A DNA stretch of 63,684 bases, the filler included, from Craspedostauros australis (Eukaryota): the NCBI GenBank assembly GCA_030167865.1. It is 5 parts of 5 records of this genome, joined end to end, with 100 filler letters (N's around TTAATTAATTAA, not from the genome) between each part and the next. Parts side by side here need not be neighbours in the genome. Positions count along the whole stretch, not along the records: positions 28,603 to 59,214 come from JALAGF010006375.1; 4 more parts are not named here. One strand, given 5' to 3'. The position numbers were made by a program, and so were the translations under genes. The notes below the pieces were generated by a model, which saw only the letters and a list, made by a program, of their open reading frames with translations, was not told the origin of the DNA and made no database searches. This document shows, in pieces, positions 48,397 to 59,314 of this stretch. Each line of letters starts with the position of its first letter. Position 1 is the stretch's first letter.

Positions 48397-49392
48397 ACCA
48401 CAAAACCATTGTGCAGTAGTAGCATCAAATACATGCTTTCATCAATTCTCTCGTACTCGACGAGTACTGTCTATTCCGTGCTCGGTTCAAGGCTTACTGC
48501 CATGTCTTGCAGAGAAGAACACGCTCTCTACGTTCAGGCACGCACACGCCTGTCTCAATGCTCTACTCTGCTATGCTTCACCCACACACACCAGTGGAAT
48601 AGCAGCTTTGCACCTTGCAACAGTCACAAGTTTCGGTCTGAATGGGCAGTGCACATTGCATAGAAGGACTCTCCGATGCTCGCAATGGCAGGCACTATGT
48701 GTACGGATGGTAGTCAGAGCATCCTCTTCGTTGACTGCTCAATCAATCATCATGGTCGAGCCCAAGGTGCATGTCTCGCAGGCGCTCGAATGATGGCGCT
48801 GTCTATCTTTATTTCGCGCATTCTATTGATAGGCCATCAAGTCGAGACATCTGGTACCGTCTGGAACCATTTGTATACTCTTCACGGACAATATGGGATA
48901 ACGAACAGTCGACAACAATCGGACAATTACAATTCATCTTGTATTACGCCTGTCCATCAATCAGAGGATATATGCTCGGATGGGTCGAACTGTGTCCTCT
49001 TTGCCGCACAATCATGGACGAGGAAATCTTGTGTGATTTTGCGCGCGCGACGCAAGAAAGCAACAACAACACAGAGCCATCAGGAGACGAACAGCACAGA
49101 GGTGAGCACAACGAAATAGCTCCAAGGTGTTGGCAGAAGCTACGGCCACGTACCGCATCACACATCGGTTCCAGGAGGTTCTGTTGATCCATCTTGCTAA
49201 AGCTATACCTGCATACGCGTACTCATATTGTGGAGAACATTACTGGTCAGATTGTCGGAGAAAGACAAAGACAAGAGATCGAACGATCCCGACTCCTCGA
49301 TTGCACGGGTTGCCAACATCTGAAACGTTGTGGTAGCCAATCGCGTCCCGCACGACACTCGACGAAGAGACTCACGCATCTGATCCATCACC

Positions 49393-50379
49393 ATGATTCA
49401 ACGATTTGTGTCCAACGCAGGCAGAGCGCGCAGCGCATGCGCTGGTTTGCGAAGCCGTTTGGCGCCAAGCCGACGTTTCACGGAGGCGTGGGAAGGAAGC
49501 ACTGCCAGAAGCGTCGGCCAGCACCAGCAGAGACCCGACGCTCGATCATTCAGCCGCTTTGCTGCTGTGGACCACGCGGATGCATACGAGAGGGCATTGA
49601 AGGGACAGCACGGACAGCAGCTGTCGATTGCGAAGCTCGAAGGAATTGGGAAAGATGATGCTCCCTTCGATCCTTTCATCGAGGAGGAACTGCGTGAGCA
49701 GGCGATTGAACGGGGCGAGATCATGGACGAAGACGCTGTTGATGGCGGCGACAACGACAGTGATACTTCAGACATTCCAGAGGCAACCATTGTCGGCAAG
49801 GATGATTACGAAGAGGACGAGGATGGAGATGTGTATGTTTACGGCGATGAAGAAGATGAAGATGAGGATGAAAGTGACGACGCGCTTGTCTACAACAAGG
49901 ATGGATCCGTCATCCGAAACAAGTCGACGCTTGCGGCTCTCAGGGCTGGTTACCCAGCCGGCGGCATGCTCGCTGTCGTGGAAGTGGGCGGCTCGCAGCA
50001 CAAGGTGACAACAGACGATGTGCTCATCGTAAATCGACTGAAGCCAGTGGAGCATTACAAGGTCGGGTCTGTGCACACCCTCAAGGACGTGCTGTTGGTC
50101 GGGTCATCCCATTTGACGTTGGTGGGACTCCCACACGTCGAGGGCGCCGAAGTTGACATCCTCATCGAGGAGATCACCCAGGATGCTAAGGTGGTCGTCT
50201 TCAAAAAGCGCAGAAGAAAGCACTCCCAGCGCAAGAACGGTTTTCGGAGGGATGTCACCATGGCGAGGATTCTTGACATCCGGATGCCAGAAGAATACGC
50301 AGATCACGAGCACCTTAGTCGTGACAACCTGAGCGACATTGGCGAACTGGATGACTTCAAGAAGCCCATCATGGCGTAA
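49393..50379 (+). CDS. MRPL21: Ribosomal protein bL21, probably mitochondrial, with a long N-terminal extension
   Basis: C-terminal motifs AVVEVGGSQHKVT, VLLVGS..T.VG.P.V.GA.V, KVVVFKKRRRKHSQRKNGFR. The Arg/Ser/Ala-rich N-terminus resembles a mitochondrial presequence. Confidence 0.9.
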   Translation: MIQRFVSNAGRARSACAGLRSRLAPSRRFTEAWEGSTARSVGQHQQRPDARSFSRFAAVDHADAYERALKGQHGQQLSIAKLEGIGKDDAPFDPFIEEELREQAIERGEIMDEDAVDGGDNDSDTSDIPEATIVGKDDYEEDEDGDVYVYGDEEDEDEDESDDALVYNKDGSVIRNKSTLAALRAGYPAGGMLAVVEVGGSQHKVTTDDVLIVNRLKPVEHYKVGSVHTLKDVLLVGSSHLTLVGLPHVEGAEVDILIEEITQDAKVVVFKKRRRKHSQRKNGFRRDVTMARILDIRMPEEYADHEHLSRDNLSDIGELDDFKKPIMA

Positions 50380-51387
50380 TAAAGTAGTCACACCATGATG
50401 TTCTCTCTCTTCCCGATGTCTTGGATGCTGATGCTGTGCTGCGACCGCAACGATAGCGACCAACGCAGCACTCTCCCCAGTGCACAACACCATCACATGA
50501 TAATTCCACTCCACAGGTACCTACTTTGCCGTTCTGTCGACTTTCGATCCGTCTTTTACTCGAAGTACAATATGACCCTGTTGCAGATAAACCCATAAGT
50601 AGCCATCGAGAGCCGTTAAAGACGTTACATCACGTTTTAGCAAATAAATTACCCAGTCCTATAGAATAAAGTGAGAAACTAACTATGGTGTCAGTCTGGG
50701 CTTCCAGATCGGGGTGGTTGCAAAGATATGGATGCTTAAACCTCGGATGGCATCTACGGGGTAGAGGCGTACGCAAGCGCAGACGGATAGTTTTGCTAGG
50801 GTTCCGACCTTGAGGTTTGCGTGTTGCCGTCGCGTTGGTGGGGTTTCCAATGTTTTGGGGGACCCTATGCGCAAGATGTGATCGTTTGTTCCTTCGGAGA
50901 TTGCATTGCTATTAGTATTTGGCTTGCTATCAGACGACAGCGATGTGGTTCTATACGGCGTGCAGTCGTATTGTGACGGAGTGCTGTACGGGGCCAGTCT
51001 CCGGTATCATGTTTGCATTCTTTTCTTCCTCCCTGCTTCCGTTTCGTGACATGTTGAGGCCCATCGCATCGCTGCCATATGCTTATCCCGTGGGACTTCA
51101 CCAACCACTACCAACAGTAATAGGTGATATGGTGTGGGTCTACTTTCATCCTCTTTCATNNNNNNNNNNNNNNNNNNNNNNNNNNNNNNNNNNNNNNNNN
51201 NNNNNNNNNCCAACAGTAATAGGTGATATGGTGTGGGTCTACTTTCATCCTCTTTCATAATGACAGCAACCCCAACACAGCAAACAAACAAAAACACTAG
51301 TAAACCAAAAAGAGAACACCAATCAACAATCCTCCAGTACGAATTCTACGCGCTCAACCAGTAGGAAGAGAAAACGAAAGATCGACA

Positions 51388-54300
51388 ATGGTGACCAACA
51401 ATGACCCAACTTCAAGATCTCTCAATGGCGATGAGAGGAATTCCCAGGACAAGGAGGCAACAGCGACAGACACAGGAAAGCCCAAGCCTCCTCCAGAGCC
51501 GGATCCGAAGCTCAACGAGTACGAAACAATCACACTACAAGGAAAAGTATCCACCAAGGTGAGAGAGCCCAAAACCAACNGTTGGAAAAATCTGGACAAG
51601 ACGATCGCTGAAAAGTTGAAGGAGTTCAAGGAATATGAGGTCTTTGGAGAACAACGGCACCACAGGCATGACCAGTTGAAGAGCATGCTGTCCAACAAAG
51701 TGCAGTGAGAAGGTGGCAAAGTCAGTACAGTGTCAGCAGGAGTGCCAAATGTGCTGGAGTTGGCAAAGCTTTCCCAACGAGTGATGGATGACAGAAAAAT
51801 CAATGTTGGAGTGGCCAAAGTGGCATCGGACGATCTACAAAGAGTCCAGATCAAGCAACTGCTAGCGAACTTGTCACAAACCGATCCCAGACGATGCTTC
51901 CAACACACCATCCACTACAACCTCATCACACTTGTCAAAACCTAAACTCTGTGCCAAACATCCATCACTGCCCACTCAGTCAATCCCAATGCAAAAGCAA
52001 ACGCATGTTTTGCCAACAACATTGGAAAATCCACAGCAACAGAGGAAGAGAGAAGCCAGGACAAGGTGCAAGGATGGACGACAGCAGAGGCCAGAACAGA
52101 AGCACGAATGGCAACACCTCAACGCTGGTACAAAAAGAGGTTTAACATGCAGCTCAGCATCAACAAGGGATCCAGTATGCCTAGAAAAGACTTCCAGGCA
52201 AAGTTCGAGCTATGGTCCGACAAGGAACTCGCACGAGGCCCAAAGCTAGTCATCTACCCGTGGTACAAGAGGCACAAGGAAACAGGAACCATCAAAATGA
52301 CAGATGTCATCCCCCCTCCCCCAAGACTGGAACCAGTTCAAGAAATTTGCGTGTTGGGCCAAGCCAACTGCCAAAGACCCAAATGTGTACATGCAATTGA
52401 GCATGGGATCCAACATCAACATGGAGGCCTTCACACGCAGGTGCATGGAGATGGAAGGAGTGTATGCTGAAAGTGAATATTCCTACATTCGGGACCTCCA
52501 AGAAGCAGAGAACATCTTGGAGATTGGGGTATCTTGCATACTCAGGGAACTTCATGAAAGCTAAGCAGATACTGGCAATCATCAACGGACTCCTTGACGA
52601 TATGGATGCCAAGGTAAAGGTGGCAGAAGAGTCAAATTCATGGGAGCAGTCTCAGACAAAACAAGAGACCAACACAGGAAGAGCGGAGGAACTTGGACCA
52701 ACATGCTGTGGGTGGCACTGCACTTGCATGCCAACACAGGTAAAGCACAATGGGTGACCAAAGCACTTGGACAAGTATTCAACATGAAGAACTCCAACCA
52801 AGGATGTCTGAACTACCAGTATGTGCCTAACCCAGGCATGTCCATGATGGTGGCAGCCACCACAGAGAAGCTCCAAGCCATGGCAAGAAAGCACAGAAGC
52901 TACATTTGGCAGCTGTGCCAACTTTGACTGGACAGGGACTTCCAATTGGACATGCTGGACGGCCACTATGGAACAACTACTCTTGGGCAGTTCTTGGCAA
53001 CACAAGTCGCTCCAGAAGGCAACCCATACATCCATGACGTTCACACAACGCACATGTTGGATGGAGACAAGGATGCCATCCACATAGTGGCTTTCGAAGA
53101 CCGTTTCGACCAAGCACGGGCCATCATCAACTCGATCACAGTTCTGTGCTGCACAGAAATAAACTTGTTCACAGACGAGTGGTTCTCTGACAAAATCATT
53201 GACATGATCAGAGGCTACGCCAAGGAAGAAGGCAGGGACAGCTATATGGACAAGGAAGTTGAAGGGTTCCTAGACTTCATCATAGATGAGGACATGGCGT
53301 GGTGGTCCTTGAGGGGATGTAAGGCATGGAAGACGATATGGTGGCAACAAAACAGGAATGCAAGGGCGGTCCTCCAGACCGGCCAAAAAAGAAGAAGCTG
53401 GATGATGAGAGCTTCTGCACGTTCATCACAGAATGCGGGAAGTCACTTGCATCTACAGTATATAGTGTGGCAACTTCAACAGAGGGCATGAATGGTGAGG
53501 GAACAGAGACAGAGCATGCAATCTGGGAGGTGCACGAACGCCAAGAAGCAGAATGCAACAAGAAAACAGTGGAGGAACAACAACAACAACAACTTATCGA
53601 GCACGAACGTATCATCAAGGAGCTCCAAGCACAGCACGCCAAAGCTGCGCCCAAGGACTCCAACCCTCCTGCCTCAAGCACGGGCGGGAGGCAAGGCGCT
53701 GAATAGCGCAAGGCTGGGGGTAGGCAAAGCACCAATAACCGCCCCTGCAAGCCCAACATATGCACAAGTGGAGGTAGTGGGTCNNNNNNNNNNNNNNNNN
53801 NNNNNNNNNNNNNNNNNNNACAACCCACATGACAAAGGGAGCCACACAACATGGCTTGGCGCACTGAACATTGGATGTCTCCCTGTGGAAGCTGGACACT
53901 GGAAGAAAAGAGAATTATGGCAACAGATCAAAACGCAAAAAATGGACATATCTCTGCTCTCCGAGCTTGGGCTGAACTGGGCAAACGTTCTGTGCCAGTA
54001 CTCCTGGCAAATGTTGACGAAAGGCCACTTCAGCTCTAGCCGCCATGTAAAGGCGCACAGCACACATAAAACCGTCAGGCCAATACGTCAGTGTGTGTGT
54101 GAGGGGGACTACACCGACATCATGCATGGCTAGCCCTGTACACCACCATCTCCAGGACGTTGGAGTACCCTCTGGCGAGCTCCACGTTCACCAAGGAAGA
54201 GGCAGAGCACATCATGAGGCCAATGCTTCAAGTGGCACTGCCTGCAGCTGAGATACAATGAAACGTGTTGAGGAAACTGGTTTTTGGGCCACAGCGGTGT

Positions 54301-56650
54301 CTTGGAGTGGGGTCAAGCATCTCTACCTGGCACAAGTCACAAAGCATGCGGGAGAAATAGTCAAACACTGGGGAAGTCCCTCAGTCACTGGGGAGCTCAT
54401 GAGGAATGCAATGAGTTTGGTGAAGCTTCAAGCAGAGACGATGCAGGTCATGCAGCAGGATCCAGCAAAGTGGGCCAACATGGTGCAGCAACAATGCAGC
54501 AGTGAATCTCTGCAGGATGTCAAAGTAGATGCTGTGGTTATCAGACACCATATCAGCCCAAGGAGATTGATTACATGAGGAAGCAACCATTCCTGGCCTC
54601 ATCCCCTTGTGAAGCAGCATGATCAAGTGGCTGGAAGTCGGGCAACTGACCCAGCAGGATTGGGCTCAATGGAAGCAAGCGATCATCATGCAATACCCGG
54701 CGAGCAGGGCGCGAGAGAGGCGACTGTGGTTGCCATTGGGACCATGGCAAAGGTTTACATCGCTCCAACCAGACTACCAGTGGGAACCAGAAACCAAAAG
54801 ACTCACCTGCCATGGACAAGAAGGTGTCCACTACAGGCGGACTTTGCAGCGAAGATGGCAGAGGGAGTATCACGAGGTGCAGGAGCTATCAACGGTAGGT
54901 TCTCACCTTGTGGATGGCTACGAGTATCATGGAAAAAAGTGGTGACACGGACAGGAAAGGAAGGTCCAAGGCCAGCGGCTGCGAGGGCGGCTTCAGCAGC
55001 CCCAGGGATACAAGTCCTGCCAGAGTCAGCGGCATGGGCGACTGAGATACTCACATTCATGGGAGCAGANTCAACTCTAGCTCANGTGGCAAGGNCTGGC
55101 AAGCTCAGAGCGTGCAGTGATAGTCGGTTGCGCTGGGAAACGGGGCGGCCGGGGCAGGCATGGTCGGAGAGCATGAAGGGTTGACAGCGAGAGCCTGGAT
55201 GGCGTGTCAAGCACCGCGCGGCAGCGATGTCATGCAGTCACATCGAGCAGAACTCGCAGGTTTGTACAGCGTGGTGACAACCATTGCAGCGCTGCGCGCA
55301 GCTCACAATTTACTTGAAGGGAAGATCACCATCGGATGCGACAACATCGGGGCTCTCAGAGCCCTAGATCCGGAGTGGCAGCTATTACCATGGTAGTCTG
55401 ATGCCAATCTTCAACGAGTAGTGCGGAAGAAGGTCAATCAACTGCCATTGCAAGTCGTGGGCGTCTATGTCAAAGAGCATCAGGATGATGGCAAGGCATG
55501 GGAAGATCTGGATGAGTTGGAATGGCTCAATGTGGAAGCTGATAAAGTGGCGGGAGCGCGCCAGCGCACCACGCAAGGTCGAGCGCTGTACGACGGGATC
55601 ATAGCAGGAGAAGGGGTGTTCCTCAGGTGGGGTACCAAGATAATCTCTGTGCGATATTCTCATATCGCGGAGGAAAGTCTGGCCTGCGACAATCTTGACG
55701 TACTCTGGCAGAGGAAAGTGATACGCGATGCGAAGCAAATCAAGTGGACAGCGGTGGATAGGGCAATTGGAGGTCTGGGACGAACGAAGGCCACGATGAC
55801 TTTACGTTGGTGGCAGGCGAGGCTGCATTTGGGAGGCACATGCGCCAGTGGGGTCACTATCTGTCCGATGTGTGCCCTAGCTGCGGCCATGAAGAAACCG
55901 TGGAACACTTTTGGACCTGCAAGGCCAACAGTCGGCGCCAAATCGCGCAACAAGGAGTGCAAGGCATGCGGAAATGGATGCTGAAGTACCTCACCAACCC
56001 ATGGCTGGCGAGGGCAGTAACGTCTCTGCTAAGCAGTCATGCTGACAGCAGTGCATACCTCCTGGCCCCGGGCAAAGCACCAGACATAAAGGACACCACA
56101 CAATGAAAGCTAGCAGTGGGGACGCGGGCACTACGGTTTGGACTATTAAGCACAAAGTGGGTGGAACTGTAGGCGCTCTTCCTCGCGTTGTAAGGATCCC
56201 GCCAACTGAATGCCAAATGGGCCACAGAGGTTATACAGAGAATATGGCGTGCTGCATGGAATCAATGGTTCTCGAACAATGAAGACATGCATACGAATCA
56301 AGCCTCTGTGGAAGGATCCATGATGTTGGCCATGACAACAACGCACACAGCCATGCCAAATCCACGTATCCAGGCTGCCAAGGTCCCGCATTGGGTCTGG
56401 CGGTATGGATGGAGTAGGCAGCAGCCATACTACAGGTGACCTGTTGCTGGTGGGCCATTGTACAAGTGGATGAAGGTGGCCGTGGCCAATAGCTTCCAGA
56501 CTGCACAGGGGCGGTCAACGCAGGTGCTAGCACAAAATTACGGAACGCAACAGACCCGAGTCCGTGCCCCCTTCGCGTGCCACGCAAAGTTGAAAGGAGG
56601 TGGAAAAAAGTGCCATCGATGCAGCTGTAGATAAGGAGCGGTTAATCAGT
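51388..56650 (+). mobile_element. Decayed non-LTR retrotransposon (Ambal-like): broken ORF1, start of APE, RT core deleted, RNase H and CCHC retained
   Basis: APE start: ALNIG.L...DISLLSELGLNW. Post-RT region: AWLALYTTISRTLEYPL. RNase H: ACSD, SHRAELAG, IGCDN..AL, VKEHQDD, LNVEAD. Zinc knuckle: CPSCGHEETVEHFWTC. Many stops and frameshifts; boundaries approximate. Confidence 0.8.
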
Positions 56651-59214
56651 GGGTGATGTATTTTGTTACTTGTATCCTCTTCCTGCAATGTATGGCGCAA
56701 TTTCTTTGTCGTATCTCTGTTTCTTTTGTTTGTTGTCATCCATGTTTTGGGATCCTCACCTGCAAGCAAATAGGTCATGTACTGGGACAACTGGTGGTGA
56801 CAGCCATGAACCGCCAGTGCGCAGAGAATCCAGAAGTGTGGGTACTTCCATGGGCCAGTGCATGCAAGCAGTACAGTAGGGGGCGCTAGTGGTAGACATC
56901 TACAGGCAAGCACAGTGGAGCTCAAACCGCAAACGGAAACCAAACGTGGTGAATGGAGACGTAGGACTGTTTGGCGACAATGAAGTGAATGACACATCAT
57001 GGGCAGGAACATTGGCGCCGCACGAGAGACCGATGCCTCCAGAGTATAACGAACTTCCCCCTGGGAGAGTTGCCGATATAGCACGATTTGTTGATTGACA
57101 ACTCGTGGCGCCAGCGGTCCACCTGTTAGTCTTAGATGTAATTACATGTTGCACTTCTTGGCTCAAGTGACCCAATGTCGGCACGCAACCAATAGCGGCA
57201 ATCATCCAAAGGCCTACTCACAACCAGATCTCCTTTGCTCTTTTTGCATCTTTTGTTGGTCGCTGCCTCTCTTGAAGCACATATTGATATCCGTTGCAGC
57301 GCTACCATGTACTCATCGCATGAGACTTCATGCAGCACTATCCCAAGTGATCAGTGGTACAGTTTGAATCTCCCTTGTCCCTCCGCTGCGGCGTATTGCG
57401 TGTTTCTGTGCTCGTATTGGTGGTTCCTTGTGTACGCATCCTTTCTCTGGAGTAAGCATTTGGCAACAGCTGGATCTTGAACTGGTACGGCTGATGACGA
57501 TGGGCACCCAGCTGCCAGTGTGCGAAGAATCCAGGGGTGCAGAGACTTCTGCGGGCCAGCGCATGCAAACAGTTGCATAACAATTGACTTCTACTTGTTC
57601 TGTTTACTCTGATTGCATCAGTGCTCGTATGCAAACGATCCATCACACATTGCACTCCCCGCACGCGAGGAAGCAGAGAGAACAAAGGATGGACTGGGGA
57701 TTGATTTGAAGAAGTGGCCTCCTTTGAAGCACGTACTCCATTGGTTCTGTTAGTTGTGAAGGACACACAGACCCTACAACGAAGAGTGCCCAGATCACGC
57801 CATGAAGCAACTCCCAGATGCCTGAGACGAGATGCCAACGATTGCAATCGTCAGGTGCAGGAATGCTTTTGTTGCCGCCATTTCGGAATGCGTTCAGGAT
57901 GCTGGTATGCAACCCCAGCAGATGGAAGAAACGACGGAGCTTCAGCTTAACAGAAATGAGAAACAAAATCATCCACAGCCTGATACTTCGCAGGATCTGC
58001 ATGCTTGATGGTTCGAGAGGACTCAGCGTTTCCACCATACTTCCTCGTTGTATCACGCACAGCACAGGGATATCATCAGGATGATAATCCCCATCATAAT
58101 CGCAACACTCACGATCGTCGCCGTCGTCGCCATTGTCCCAATCCAGGAGCACAATTTTGTCTGTATTCATGTCATCACTACAATCAGGGATGATGTTGTC
58201 AACGCCATCCCGTACCAACGGAAACAGCCGAGCACCTTTCACCGATCGGAGACAAGTGGAACCATGGGAAGAATCATGGACGGAACGATGGGGCGAACGA
58301 GAGAGAGGCAACATGATGCGATACTACGAGGAGGGTGAGGGTTAAAGGAGGCTGTGTAGAACGGGGAGTGCGTCGTGGTTGAGGATTGGGAGCATGGCTA
58401 GAGACAAGGAAGAAGCAAACGCTGAGGGGCTCCAATCCGCCACCAGCAGCACATGTTTACAACGCACAACATCCACGCACAAAATGTGATGTGTGATTTT
58501 GAGAGGAAAGCAGTTTCGACGATCCTCGCCAACCAGGATTGATCAGAGGAAGGTGGAAAAACCGAAGTCTGGACACCCACCCGTCAAAATTCCCGTGAAT
58601 GCGAAACACGAACCAAGCACACAACGCGGAAAACTGCGAGAGGGGAAGGCTAGGGGCATCAAAATAAGTTATATCATATCTCTTGAACCACACCTTCTAT
58701 GAAGCTCAAAGTCTCCATATGTAGGTTTTAGAAGATTATGAAGGCGTCTATGTGGTTTACATTGTGTTTAGAGACAACAAACCTCGAGCTCCTCACGAGG
58801 TCTCTCGATGGGGCATATGAGGTTTATCTGCAACAGGGTCATATGAGCCCCTCGAGCGAGTCGACCAACTGTTTGAAATGAAGAGTCTAGTCGTTTTTCT
58901 GGGATTTTTAAACTAATAACATATACATAATCCTCGTAGTCTATTTACATATGGTGGACCCTTTCAGATTCTACTTGGTTTCATTTTAAGTTTTATGGAN
59001 NNNNNNNNNNNNNNNNNNNNNNNNNNNNNNNNNNNNNNNNNNNNNNNNNNNNNNNNNNNNNNNNNNNNNNNNAATGTTCTCATGCATTTATCGTGAGGTG
59101 ATAAGTCACGGACCTGCTTCCGAAGGTGCCGGTCGTTTGGTACGCGTTAATTACACGTTAGCATGTGGCACCTGATTCCACATTCTGCTCGTCACAAAAC
59201 ACATGACACAAAAC

Positions 59215-59314
59215 NNNNNNNNNNNNNNNNNNNNNNNNNNNNNNNNNNNNNNNNNNNNTTAATTAATTAANNNNNNNNNNNNNNNNNNNNNNNNNNNNNN
59301 NNNNNNNNNNNNNN
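59215..59314. other. Artificial scaffold-joining linker
   Basis: 44 N + TTAATTAATTAA + 44 N. Confidence 0.97.

Noticed and set aside
56234..56242. TACAGAGAA, the METTL16 target nonamer
   Set aside because: It is a single 9-mer inside a LINE relic on a different scaffold from METTL16, and there is no U6-like context. It is plausibly a chance match.
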